Assembly: GCF_006345805.1 (NCBI RefSeq) | Contig: NC_042999.1 | Span: 84,692,001-84,756,000 of the forward strand | Direction: 5' to 3' | Source: Octopus sinensis | Taxonomy: Eukaryota | Length of the DNA stretch: 64,000 nt | Part shown: positions 1 through 11,999 of the stretch, in pieces | Layout: every line of letters starts with the position of its first letter | Position numbering within the stretch: the first letter of the stretch is position 1 | Translations under genes and position numbers: made by a program | The notes under the pieces: generated by a model | Seen by the model: only the letters and a program-made list of their open reading frames with translations | Databases searched by the model: none | Told to the model about the DNA's origin: nothing

Positions 1-2159
1 ACCAGATCTGTTACCGATTTGTATGATTAAGAGTTACCACATGCAGTGAAGAATTACAATAAACACTGCAGTGAATCGGACATGCACGCTCGACCTAACA
101 ACCAACGACAGTCACCAAATTATTTGCTATTGCCTTCGGTAGTTGTTAAGTATGTCCTTATTGCTTTGGTTTCCCTTTTTCGTGAGAGCAGCTCTGTTTT
201 TTTGTTTGTTTGTATTTTTCAATTAACACAGTTACGAATGTCGCCTGTATCTTGTCAAATGAGAAAGGTGTCTTCCAACGAGAGATATCAATAAGAGTTA
301 GAAGCATAGATTATCAAATCCAGAAAAATAGCCCCTAGTACACCTACTCAAAACCTACTGCGGTTCAGCTACAATTATAGGGGTTTCGGACCACTCCAAC
401 TCTTTGCTTTAAAGCCTCATAAACCGATGAGTTGGGCAGTTAAAATCCACCGTGTGTGGACTCAGTGCTCTTAACCTCGAACGTTTAGAGAAAATGCTTC
501 TCGAAAGCTATGTACATGCTTGGATTCGAGCGCTTGGTAGTACAATGAAAGAACGCTAAAGAAATATGTCTGCCGAAAACAAGAACAACATCAAGAGTAA
601 CAGAAGCAAAATATTAAAAAAATCCTTCAAGCAAAAAAGAAAATGAGTGCAATCTGAGATTAAAAGCAGAATAAAATATTAACCATAGAAAATAAAGTAA
701 ACACTATCACGAATACATGAAGAATATTATCCATCATACATAACATCACGAGTAAAAGAAAACCAACAAACCAAACTGGAGTTATACTTCTGTATCTAAA
801 TTAAAGCTAAATCTGTAACCAACAGCCCGAAAAACTAATACTACAGATGAAATAAAATATAACCAAAAGGGAGTAAATTGATTTAATGTGTTTTTTTTTT
901 TTTTGCTTTTTGTTTTTTGTTGGTTATTTTTTTTACATTTTATGATTTATGGTTTATATATATATATTTTTTAGCGAAATTATATTTTATAAGCTTGAAG
1001 TAATTTCAAAATTTTGTAACGCATTATATTCTCTTATTTTTCGTTTTTTGTTTCGTTTTTGATGCTTTTTAATTAAGACATTTTGGTTTGTTGTGCCACC
1101 TGTTTAGGATTTTCTTCGGCAAATGAGATTTCAGAATTGATAAAAGAATAATAAAAATACATTATTATTATTATTATTATTGTTGTTGGTGGTGTTATTG
1201 ATGTTGTTATCATGGTTATATTTTAAGAGCATACATGCATGCATAAGTCTTTTCGAGAAATATATAAGTAGACAAATATAAGCAGAGACGTATATAGAAT
1301 TAAACACATTTTCTTCATCAAACGGACAGACACGCACACACACACACACACAAATACACATATACACGCAGTCATAGAACACATACATACACACACACGA
1401 GCACTCAAGCTAACACATACCTATACATATGACTACTAAAACAAATATGTGTGTAGCTATATATATGATTATGTACATATATAATTATACATGCGCATAC
1501 ATATAAATACCTATACATGTATATATATATAATATATGTGTGTGCGTGTGGGTATGCATGTGCTTATGATTATGTGCATATATATATATATTTACACGTA
1601 TGCATATATGTGTGTGTGCATATATTTATACACACATGCATACATACACAAATATATATATATGTGTATATAAATATATATATATATATATATAGATAAG
1701 TTGATAGATTTATACTACATATATATATATGCATATATACGTGTAATTTAACAAAATATGTTAGTATGTATGTGCATATATGCGTGTAATTTAGCAAAAT
1801 AATTAATGTTTTAATCCGTGACGTCAGCAATGATAAGGAGGCGGATACTAATTAATGTAGCAGTTGCAATCCGTATTATTATTACAAGTGGAGAAACATA
1901 TATTACAAAAACGGTAATACGCTGCTTCATACATACAGAAATGAGACACGAAATAAGAGACGATGTTGAGTGGGATCGTGAGAGATAAATTAAAGAGACA
2001 AAAGACAAGAAAGAAAGTAAAAAAGGAAGGATAAGAAAGAAAGTAGAAATACATGTCACACATAAATAAAGCGTTCCCTGAGTAACAGAATCATGTGTAC
2101 TGCAAAGAAAATTTAATTTGCAAATGCACACAAATTCGAAGCCATATGCGCATACGCTG

Positions 2160-2163
2160 AAAT

Positions 2164-2218
<55 letters not shown>

Positions 2219-2286
2219 AAAAGAAACAATGAAAGAAATAAGAAAGATAAAAGACAGAAAGAAAGCAAGAAGACAGGCAGACAGAC

Positions 2287-2333
<47 letters not shown>

Positions 2334-2357
2334 AAAAAAGAAAGAAAAAGAAAGAAA

Positions 2358-2392
<35 letters not shown>

Positions 2393-2460
2393 GAAGAAAG
2401 AAAGAAAGAAAGAAAGAAAAAGAAATAAGAAAGAAAGAATATTTGTATAGAAGAAAGAAT
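2160..2460. repeat. (GAAA)n tetranucleotide microsatellite / purine tract
   Basis: Direct: long aaag/gaaa reiteration; explains the K/E/R ORF at 2229-2450. Confidence 0.95.
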
Positions 2461-3263
2461 GAAAGAACTAAGAAGAAAAAATCTTACGAAATATAAAACT
2501 GATAACGAATTAAATAAGGTAGCAAAAAGAGTGAAATTCCTGAGCGGAAGAAAGAAAGCAACAAAGTTTCAAAATATCATTTAAAGAAATGAAAGAATAA
2601 AAAATAGATAAAAACGTATGTTGAATAAAATGACTGCATGCTTACGATTATACATTAACGAGCAATCAATATTTCTTTAAACTTCAACGATTTTCAAAAT
2701 CTGTCAAATGATGGAATCCGTTATTTTGGAAAAATTAACCACGCAGTGATGCGGTTGATGTGAAAAGAAAAAATATAAGTTGGCCAATATTTTTTATGTT
2801 TTTTCTCTTTTTCTTTGTCATGGGTTGTTGCACTTTTTACCCTTTATTTACTTAGTATCAAAAGACATACGATAGAATGAGTCACTGTAAATAGAGTTAA
2901 TAATTAAAAATGTTAAGGCCTACTGTCAACTTTTTATTAACTAGATTAGCCGTGTCTTGCTAACAAGGGTTTTCGAAAATACATACATATAAGAAAATTG
3001 AGAAAATAAAAATAAATTAATTAATATTTTATTTATTATTTACAAAAGTAGACATAATCTCTGACAGCTGTTTCGATTCAGTTTTTAGAAATTAATTAAA
3101 ATAATTAAATCATTATAAATTTGTATCTCGTCGGAGGTAGAAAATAGGTATACCATTGCATTTTTATATTTTTATGTGTCAAGTGTATGGAGCATTTCGG
3201 CTACACACACACACACACAACAGACACATACACTCAAACAAACACACGCACACACACACACAC

Positions 3264-3303
<40 letters not shown>

Positions 3304-4029
3304 TATATATATAAGTTAGAGGATATATTAAACTCATAAAGGATTATTTCAGCCCAAAAATCACTGGTTCTATACCAAATATATTTGGAGTAAATAAAAT
3401 GTCCCTAAATCAGTGGGTATATATTATGCATATAATCCGTATTCGCTTAAAAGCAGAAAAGAAAATAGAAAGTTGAAGCATAATAAATATTTATTAATAA
3501 AATGGTGCTTCATATTTCTTACAGCTGTTTCAATTGTGCTTATTGAATAAATCACAAATTTATGGTTTAAATTTGCATTTATATTGTATAAACATAATCT
3601 TATCAGGGAAAAAGACATACAATAAAAGATTGCATGTTGACTTCTTGGTTCATACTGGCAGACAAAGTATATGAAGTCATTTTATTTTTATTTGTGTGTG
3701 TGAGGTGTAACGGATTAATTTGAATATAATAATAAATAAATTGAAATAAGTTAGAATAAAATAAAGTAATATAAAAAGTAAATACATTAAAAATATTAAA
3801 TGTTATAAAATATCAAATAGTTAAGATAAAAATAAATATAAAGTAAATGAATAAATAAAAGCAGAACAAATAGAATTAGAAGGAATATAATAGACTCTGT
3901 GTATTGATCAGTGCTCATTGGCTGGAGAAAATTAAATTAGTTTACATATGTTTAAGCGTTTCAGAAAATATCAAATCATAACGGTTTAACAATAAGTGCG
4001 TGTGTGTGGAATTATATAATAATGAAAGA

Positions 4030-4703
4030 CACACGAACGAACCTAATACATGTATTAAAAGAAATCGAAAAATAACCAATGAAAGTATCTGGTTTAATCC
4101 GATCTTTAATTCACAAGTAAAATCCGAAATTTTTCCCAGCAATAGATAGTCACTTCCCCTAAATCTTCCAAACATCACAAAATCTTAAACAGACACAATG
4201 TAAAAGTAGCATACGCAACTTCCCACATACACAAACTAAATAGCACAAAACTAAATAGAATAAAGCCATAGGAGATATATAAACTAACCACGGCTAACAG
4301 AACTGTAACCAATGATAGAATGGAAAATATTGGTAGTAAAAAGTCATCAATAGCAAAGACAATTCCAAACCATATCACAAAATTAGAAGTACAATACATA
4401 CAGAAGGAAAATCAGTGCACGATTACGAAAGAAAGAAGGAAGAGGACCACCACTAGTAGCTCCACAATAAAAAGGCATAAAATAGTATCAAGTGTAACTT
4501 CAGACGTAAAGACGAATGCAGGTTCAGTAACAACTGCATGATACGAAATGTAGTGTAGAAATGTGAGGTGAAGGCAAATACGCAGAAATATGTTTACATT
4601 GGTAGTACCGCAGGCACCATGAAAAATCGTGTGAGAAACCATCACTCCTCATTTTCCAACATAAATTAAAGACACTCTAAATTTTTGTCGAACTTGTCTG
4701 GCT
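4030..4703 (+). mobile_element. Penelope-like element relic, upstream part (RT thumb to GIY-YIG start), interrupted by a CR1 LINE
   Basis: Degenerate + frames give KRNRKITNESIWFNP, AIDSHFP, KILNRHNVKVAY, KCNFRRKDECRFSNNCMIRNVV*KCEV...YVYIGSTAGTMKNRVRNHHSSF. These are collinear with the better-preserved Penelope ORF at 55149-56165 (NRKVIWFTPPY, LIDRHF, KLFNRHNLKISF, CSCRNKELCPLNGAC, YVGLTEGNFKARFNNH). Confidence 0.85.
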
Positions 4704-6719
4704 GTTAGTTAGTTAGTTAGTTAATTTGGCTCAAAAGCAAATAGCAAGGCCATGTAGGGGGACATGGAGTTAAGTACAGGGTGGTGTTCATGTAAAGAAT
4801 TCAGGCCACTTGAGGTCCACGGAGGCTTTGAACAAAGCGGTCGTCGGCATCTTCACCATCTCGTCTGGCAGCTTGTTCCACGGATCCGCAACCCGGACGG
4901 AGAAAGCTCCTCTCCTTCGATTGAGATGAAATCGTCGCAGGTAGAGCTTTTCGGAATGACCCCGCAGCCGACGCTCCGGAGCAGGAGTGAAGAACAGCTC
5001 TTTCGAGAGGTTACACTTCCCGCTTATGATGTTGTGGGCGAGAATGAGATCACTACGGCGGCGGCGTTTTTCAAGAGAATAAAGGTCGAGCGTCCTCAGC
5101 CTTTCTTCGTAGGACAAATTTTTGAGACCATGAACCATGCGGGTAGCCAGCCTCTGGACTCTTTCGAGATGCTGTATGTCTTTGAGGAGATAAGGAGAAG
5201 AGGCTTGAATCCCATACTCCAATATGGGTCTCACCAGCGTTACATAGAGTGGCAGGAATATGGCTGCTGTGAGCATTCCGAATGACCGTCGGATCAAAAA
5301 CAGAATTCCGCGCGCTTTGTTGGCAGCATGGACGCACTGGGCCGAAGGCGAAAAGGAGGAATCCACCAAGATACCCAGGTCCTTTACCTGATCGGTCCTC
5401 TCCAGCAGCAGACGACCCGGCTCGAAATCAAGTTGAGTTGCAGGAGTAGAGCCGACAGGCAGATGACAGCACTTTGACACGTTCAGACACAGGTCCCATT
5501 CGTTAGACCACTTCCAAATTTGGTGGAGGCATCGACGAAGATCCTCTATACTACCGCGTGGAGCGACCAGTTTGATATCGTCGGCAAATAGAAGGGTGTG
5601 TTGCGTGAGGTCGTCGGGCAAGTCATTTATGAAGACTAAGAACAACAAGGGCCCAAGCACTGAACCTTGAGGCACGCCACTGCTCGCACTGGAGACGTCG
5701 GACCGCGAACCATTAACTTGAACTTGGAAGGAGCGATCTGAGAGGAAGGCACCAACCCATCGTACAATATCCGGATGGAAACTATATGCTTGAAGCTTGA
5801 CAAGTAGTAGGCGGTGGTTTACCGAGTCAAAAGCTTTGGCAAAGTCCAATAAAACGATGTCAACAGCATCACTATCATCGAGGATGCACGTCACCAATTC
5901 TTCCATTACTAGTAAGTTGGTCAAGCATGATCTCTTCGGCACGAAGCCGTGTTGGGAATCAGTGATCGAGGCTGTGTTTAGGAGGTGGAGCATCATACTT
6001 TTCTTAAGGATGGTTTCGAACATCTTGCTGATTATTGAATTAAGGGAAACCGGTCGGTAGTTAAGCGGGTCTTCGCGGCTCCCTTTCTTGAAAATTGGAC
6101 AGATTATCGCTGTTCTCCAGTCTGCAGGTATACCACCCGTCGCCAATGACATATTGAATAGTCGTGTTAAGGGCTCGCAGATGACCGGAGCCAACGCTTT
6201 GATAACCCGTGGGTGTATGCCGTCAGGGCCGTGACCCTTGTTGACATTGAGGCCTTGAATAACACGTTTGACTTCGTCCCGCGTGATGATCAATCGAAGC
6301 ATTGGAGGTACCGATGTATCAAATGGAGGGGGTTCACGACCATCATCTTGTTTGAAAATAGTTGAAAAAGCCTTGGCAAATAATTGACTCTGTTGATAAG
6401 GGTCCTCAATCGATACGCCTGTTGAGTCTACCAACGTTGCAATGTGGTTGTTCAAGCGGGAATTCCGCTGGACATGGGCAAAGAAGGTTTTTGGATTGCT
6501 ACTGGCATTTGCCGCGATTTTGTATTCATAACTGAAGCGTTCTTTCTTTTCAATTTTCACGGCTCGGTCTCGTTGAGTTTTGTACACCTCAAAAGCTGCA
6601 GTCGAATCCAGATTTTTGAATTCAGCCCAAGCAATATCTCTGAGTCGACGTTCTCGTTTAACCTTCTTCGTCACCCAGGGCTTGTGTTTCTTCCTCTTGG
6701 GAAGCCCAACGGGAACTGC
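4704..6719 (-). mobile_element. CR1/jockey-type non-LTR retrotransposon, 5'-truncated, copy 1
   Basis: RT ORF on minus; 3' UTR then five GTTA units at 4704-4723 ((TAAC)n tail on the sense strand); same family as 15965-17125; no endonuclease domain (5' truncation). Confidence 0.93.
4788..6719 (-). CDS. Reverse transcriptase portion of LINE ORF2 (stop-free; 628 aa from the GTG at 6674, frame open to the truncation point)
   Basis: Motifs GHGPDGI, NYRPVSL, QHGF, DFAKAFDSVNH, GVPQGSVLGPLLFLVFIND, LFADD, KDLGI, YSLEKRRRRSDLI. The frame continues upstream of 6674 as AVPVGLPKRKKHKPWVTKK. Confidence 0.92.
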   Translation of the reverse strand, partial: AVPVGLPKRKKHKPWVTKKVKRERRLRDIAWAEFKNLDSTAAFEVYKTQRDRAVKIEKKERFSYEYKIAANASSNPKTFFAHVQRNSRLNNHIATLVDSTGVSIEDPYQQSQLFAKAFSTIFKQDDGREPPPFDTSVPPMLRLIITRDEVKRVIQGLNVNKGHGPDGIHPRVIKALAPVICEPLTRLFNMSLATGGIPADWRTAIICPIFKKGSREDPLNYRPVSLNSIISKMFETILKKSMMLHLLNTASITDSQHGFVPKRSCLTNLLVMEELVTCILDDSDAVDIVLLDFAKAFDSVNHRLLLVKLQAYSFHPDIVRWVGAFLSDRSFQVQVNGSRSDVSSASSGVPQGSVLGPLLFLVFINDLPDDLTQHTLLFADDIKLVAPRGSIEDLRRCLHQIWKWSNEWDLCLNVSKCCHLPVGSTPATQLDFEPGRLLLERTDQVKDLGILVDSSFSPSAQCVHAANKARGILFLIRRSFGMLTAAIFLPLYVTLVRPILEYGIQASSPYLLKDIQHLERVQRLATRMVHGLKNLSYEERLRTLDLYSLEKRRRRSDLILAHNIISGKCNLSKELFFTPAPERRLRGHSEKLYLRRFHLNRRRGAFSVRVADPWNKLPDEMVKMPTTALFKASVDLKWPEFFT

Positions 6720-6930
6720 CTATTAAAACAGAATGGAATAGAATACACAACCCACTGGTCAATTAGAAAAAATGCTACACCTTATAACGGGACTTCATGA
6801 GTATGCAACATATGCCCTGAAGAAATCCTGGAATTAATAATATCCAAGGAAAAGGTGATAAACAGATACTCTGAGATAGTCATATCATGCAAGCATAGAA
6901 ATAAATTTGCTATTTACTACCTTAGATACA
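6720..6930 (+). mobile_element. Penelope-like element relic, downstream part (GIY-YIG C-terminus)
   Basis: LLKQNGIEYTTHWSIRKNATPYNGTS*VCNIC...VINRYSEIVISCKHRNKF matches SLRVKGVDYNIHWKILAKCKPYTNGSGRCGLC...LNSRTELFGSCPYVTKF of ORF 55149-55586. Confidence 0.85.
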
Positions 6931-7200
6931 AAGTCACTAATTAGACAAACTTACAAATTTTCTGAACAGTTTTGTATAATAAATTAAAGAGATGAGAACT
7001 GGAAAGAGTGATAAATTAGAAGAACTGGCATTCTTTACTGCAATATTTTAAGTAAAAAGTTTCTTATTCTTTACTTTACTAGACATAATATCTTGTCCTA
7101 TACTTTTACAGGTGTAATATAACACGCCCTGTACTTTAACAGGTTTATAATCTTAAGAATATTACTTTTCATGCTGGCATTTTTCCGTGTAATATATATA

Positions 7201-7288
7201 TATAAATTAGGGTATCTGAAAGATACCACCATGCTGAAATAGCAGTCAATCCCTGACCTTAAAACCACCTCAGATACCCTAATTTATA
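7201..7288. mobile_element. 88-bp micro-MITE or hairpin with perfect 19-bp terminal inverted repeats
   Basis: tataaattagggtatctga (7201-7219) is the exact reverse complement of tcagataccctaatttata (7270-7288). Confidence 0.6.
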
Positions 7289-7375
7289 GTTTTAAATAAT
7301 TATTACCTTCGTATGGTATTTATTCCCATGCTGACCACTTGATAAGATCGGTATTTAAATATCGATATTGCACAT

Positions 7376-7448
<73 letters not shown>

Positions 7449-8815
7449 TTTATGCATACATACATGTAGACACATATATGTAACAGAGGGAATATAATGA
7501 AGCCGATTAAAAATAACTACAATATAACGAAATTTTCCATGGGGACGTTTATATACTACTTGGAGGTATTATTTTTCTTCAGCCTTAATAGTGACATTTA
7601 TAATCATCACTACATCATTTCGTTTATATTTATGCATTTTGAACACTTTTATTTTTACTCTCCAGTAGAATATGCTTCTCTTAAAATCTGTAATTAGACC
7701 GATATACTATATTAGATTTTTTGCCTTGTCTTTTCGTTTATTTTAAACAACCTCAGAGAAAAAAGATAGAGAGAGAGAGAGCGGGGACAGAGAGAGAGAA
7801 AGGGAGAGAGAGAGCTTAAGAGAAGGTTTGTCTACTAATTGCTCATGCAATCACAATCGATCGGTTTTTCTTCCGACTATATTACATATGTGATACCTTG
7901 TATTATTTCTACTTAATATGCAGGATACTGAGTTGTCGTGATAATTTACCTACGTTACACAAATTTCACATAGCTTTTATATTGATACGTATTGTCATGC
8001 TAATAATTTGACTTATCTGTTTTGATTTTCTTCAATATCCTTGATGTTCGTCAATTATCAAGATGCATATACGTTATATATTATTCCATAATGCAACAAT
8101 CGAAAACATAATTTCCCTGTATTCTGCTCAATTCATACTAAATTTCATATTAGTATTATCGACATTTGCCTTATCCACTACGAGAGTTTTTTCCTTTCAA
8201 TTGTCTTTGATAATCTTCAGTTACACACAGTTACACGTATTTTATTTCCTTCCAAAAATGATTTTCACACGCACCTGTAATCATGACAAACTGTAGGTTT
8301 ACAATTTCTATGATGTTTAACTGAATACTTTGAGCAACTTATTTTTTTCAGTGAATATGTCACACATTTAAAATGCAGAAAAACATTACAGTCGTATCCG
8401 GAGTTCGATATTCGTTTGTTCATTTAACTTATAATTTTAATGAATTTTGATCATATGATGAAATTTTGAATTTAATTCTATTTGCATATTTATTTATCTA
8501 TTTTTGGTATCCATGAAAAGTAGACTCATTATTTGAACTCCTCATCACACTAAAGTATCAAACACAATTTATTCACAGCAAATCAAATGTTCAATTTTAT
8601 ACTGTGACATTTTCTTTTATTAAAAAATCGGAAAATTGACTGACTTTGAGTATGCAATTACCCGGAAAGAAATACAGTGGATACGACTATATATATACAT
8701 AAATATATATGTGTGTGTGATTGTGTATAATTGTGTCTTTATGCGCGCATTTGTGTATGTATATTTATGCACAAACACAAACAAATATGTATATATGTGT
8801 ACATGTATTTATGTA

Positions 8816-10072
8816 CGAGGGGTGTATGAAAAGATTCGAGCCTAACCTAGAAACGGGGCTGCTAGGTAACTAAAACAATTTTTTCTGGTAAGTACAGTCT
8901 TTTGGGAGTATTCTTGCTTATTTTCATGATTGTGATATTTTAATTTTTTTTTTTGCAGATTTTTGAATAAACAAGTGTCGAGGTTACAAGGAAAATGGAG
9001 AAAACTGAGTATCTTGCTGTCATAAAGTACCTTCATTTGAAAGGTATGATTCAATCAGAAACCCATGAAGATATGATGAGAAGCTTAACAGACAATGCTC
9101 CTTCATATGCAAGAGTCAAGCGCTAGGTAAATGAATTCCAGCGTAGCAGGGAGAGTGTGGAAATATGATCCCAGACCAGGGAGACCTCCAACTGCAGCAA
9201 CGTTGACAACCTTGACCTTGCTCTTGGTATGATAATGCAAGATCACCGAATATCATATCATCAGATAGCCGAGAGACTGAGCGTCTCAACTGAAAGAGCA
9301 GACAACATTGTGACAAAAGAACTTGAGTTCTTTTTTCCTAAACAGAAACGCACCAGGTACACTTTGTCCATGAGCAATCTGGGACTGTTTGAAGCCGACG
9401 AAGAGAATTTTCTTGCTCATTTCATTACTATGGAAGAAAGTTGAGTTCATCACTACCAGCCTGACACCAAAGAACAATCAAAGCAGTGGAAGCACACATT
9501 TTCTCCTACCCCAAAGAAGGACAGGGTCATTCCTTTATCTGGCAAAGTCATGGCGTCAGTTTTGGGGGAATTCTCAAGATGTTTTGCTGATCGATTACCT
9601 TGAAAAGGGTCACACCGTGACAGGGCTGTATTATTCTCAGCTACTGAAACGTCTAAAGCAATCAAAGAAAAAAGTCCGGGAATGCTCACCAGAGGAGTCC
9701 TTTTTCATCACGACAGTGCTCCAGCCTTCATCTCAGTGGTTGCCATGGAATCAATGTGTGATTGTGGCTACGAACCTGTTCCCCATCCGCCTTATTTGCC
9801 AGACTTGGCCCTCTCTGACTTTCATCTATTCACAAAAATGAAAAATGCCTTGGCTGGTTGACATTTTGCCAGTGACAAAGATGTCATAGACGCTGTAGGA
9901 AGTTTCTTGGAGTCTCAAAAACAAATGAATTTCTCTACGCCAGGATAATGGCGCTTCAGCACGCTGGAAAAAGAGTTTAGCCATCGAGGGGGACTATGTG
10001 GAAAAATAAATCATCAGAAGTGTTGTACTATGTTTTGTTTTTTTGAAGCTCAAGACTTTTCATACACCCCTG
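8816..10072 (+). mobile_element. Full-length mariner (DD34D) DNA transposon, inactivated
   Basis: TIRs cgaggggtgtatgaaaag / cttttcatacacccctg, with TA at 8814-8815 and 10073-10074; about 1.26 kb; transposase relic inside. Confidence 0.93.
8995..10009 (+). pseudogene. Mariner transposase pseudogene
   Basis: MEKTEYLAVIKYLHLKG..., FITMEES*VHHYQPDTKEQSKQW, KVMASVF, DVLLIDYLEKGHTVTGLYY, HHDSAP, HPPYLPDLALSDFHLF, GDYVEK*; several stops and frameshifts. Confidence 0.9.
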
Positions 10073-10764
10073 TAATATGTATGCATATATATATATATAT
10101 ATGTATATATGTATATTTGCATGTATTTATCTATGTACGTATGTATATATGTATGCATGTATGTAAGTACTTACGTACGTATGGATGGATGGATGGATGT
10201 ATATATGTATGTACGTATAAAGAAACAGTGTATACGAGGAACAGTTTTCTTTTTTACATGTTATAAAGGAAACACAACTATGGTCTAATTTGATCATTCT
10301 AATCAAAGTTTTTACTTGTCTGCTTTGCAGGCTCTTATGGTTCGTTTAGTACAATAAAGTTTCCGAATCAAATTTAACGTCGCTTCCAGGCTATATTAGC
10401 CTAAGGGTGTAAACTGGTCTTTTCCTCTGTGCTGGCAATTTATGTTCATGAAGGCATTTTTCCAAAATCATATTGCTAAGAGTTCTCCGTTATCAGATTA
10501 GTATATTTCGCGCTTGTATGTAGTAGAATGATTTTAGTCTTGTGTTACATTAGTTTAGCTCCCATAAACAATCTTCTATATCTGTTGGGAATTCTATAAC
10601 TTATGAGCGTATTTTCAACTAATATATTTATATTTAGCTTTAAGTTATCGTGTGGGTGTTTAGTGTGTGGTGATTTATCCTTGTTTTAAGTAAATGATGA
10701 GACTACAACAAAATGCTGTACTGGTCTGTTCAATGTAACAGATGGAATTGTGAGGTTTGCAGCA

Positions 10765-11037
10765 TTACATTATTTACATTATTTAGAATTAACGGATATT
10801 TGTCATCATCTTGTTTGCTGTTAACACAACATTTCGCCTGATATACCCTCCAACCTTCTTCAAGTGTCTTGTGGAAATTACGAACTTGGGTTCTCATTCC
10901 TAAGGTATTTTTCGATGTTGCTATTATTATTGTTGTTGTTATTATTATTATTATTATCATTATCCTTATTCAGGTCACTATTTGGAATCGAACTCGGAAT
11001 CTTGGGTTAGGAGGCCGCGCTCTTAACCACTAAGCCA
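10765..11037 (-). mobile_element. tRNA-headed SINE-like element: A/B boxes + (AAT)n linker + Penelope-type hammerhead-bearing tail
   Basis: Minus strand reads ggcttagtggttaagagcgcggcctcctaacccaagattccgagttcgattcc (A box ~11026-11037, B box 10984-10995), then an AAT-rich linker (10921-10965), then a tail homologous to 11037-11200 and 29451-29635. Confidence 0.8.
10823..10868 (-). ncRNA. Degenerate minimal type I hammerhead ribozyme motif
   Basis: GACAC-UUGAAGA-A-GGUUG-loop-CAGGC-GAAAU-GUU-GUGUU; C3>U and a stem II mismatch. Confidence 0.45.
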
Positions 11038-11200
11038 TAATAACAACATCGAAAAAGCATATTAGGAATGAGAGCCCAGGTTCGAATTTTCCCCAAGACA
11101 CCTGATGAAGGCTGGTGGGTATATCTGCCGAAACGTTGTGTTAATAACAAACAAGATGGTGGCAAATGTCCGTCAATTGTAAATAATGAAAATAATGTAA
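11037..11200 (+). mobile_element. Headless, inverted second copy of the same SINE tail
   Basis: ataataacaacatcgaaaaagcatattaggaatgagagcccaggttcg...gtaaataatg is the reverse complement of 10765-10930 with scattered substitutions; it abuts the tRNA head of the minus copy. Confidence 0.85.
11097..11142 (+). ncRNA. Minimal type I hammerhead ribozyme motif (Penelope type)
   Basis: Stem I GACAC(11097-11101)/GUGUU(11138-11142); CUGAUGA 11102-11108; extra A; stem II GGCUG/CUGCC (one U-U); GAAA 11130-11133; palindromic ACGU stem III; GUU cleavage triplet. Confidence 0.6.
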
Positions 11201-11586
11201 ATTGATATGCAGTTTTAAGATTATTGACTGCAATGAACATTCCAACTTAAACATGTCCTCCTAATTCATAATGCTAAATTTATTTGTCTTGAACATGTTA
11301 ATTTGTCAATATTTAAACATTTTAATTTGTCAGCATCGAAACTTTTTAAGATGTTTTCCTAATTCATAATTTTAACATTTTATGATTGATAAACAAAGAT
11401 GTTTTTCTAATTCATAACTTTAAACTTTTACCATTGATAAACAAAAAATATTACTGAAACTAGTTTAGTATATATGTAAATAAATCAATTTTAAACATTT
11501 ACGAGGCTTTGAAATTTATGTGCAATTTCAACAAAACATTTTCCTATATTTTTTCCTGCGTGGAAACACCACCACCCACTTTTGTA

Positions 11587-11689
<103 letters not shown>

Positions 11690-11696
11690 TTGCATG

Positions 11697-11728
<32 letters not shown>

Positions 11729-11999
11729 TTATATATATGTGTATATATATATATATTTGTATGTATGTATATATTTATATATATATAATATATAATATAT
11801 ATATATATATACTAAAAGGACAACAAATGTGAAGACATGACAAACATCTCAAATCATATACGTTATTATTATTAGAAAAATTCAGTCTTACAGCTGTTTC
11901 AAAGATATTCCAGAGTATGGGTTATTCCGTTGACAAATAGGGAAAATGAGGTGGGTATAGATTAATGGAACGGCGACATAAAGGACAGGAGAAAAATAA

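Noticed and set aside
46-294. 82-aa ORF at the window start
   Set aside because: No recognisable motif, no splice or repeat support; length expected by chance.
4764-5285. 173-aa plus-strand ORF (also 5797-6060, 6444-6800, 16538-16762)
   Set aside because: Antisense shadows of the CR1 RT; 6444-6800 is a chance fusion of CR1 antisense with the Penelope relic.
10984-11037. tRNA gene
   Set aside because: No acceptor stem or intact anticodon arm; it continues into a repeat body, so it is a SINE head. The same applies at 51050, 59718 and 63562.
11255-11450. ~50-bp tandem units (cctaattcataa...gataaacaaa) considered as a CRISPR-like array
   Set aside because: Two to three degenerate AT-rich tandem copies without unique spacers, in a eukaryotic context with no cas genes.
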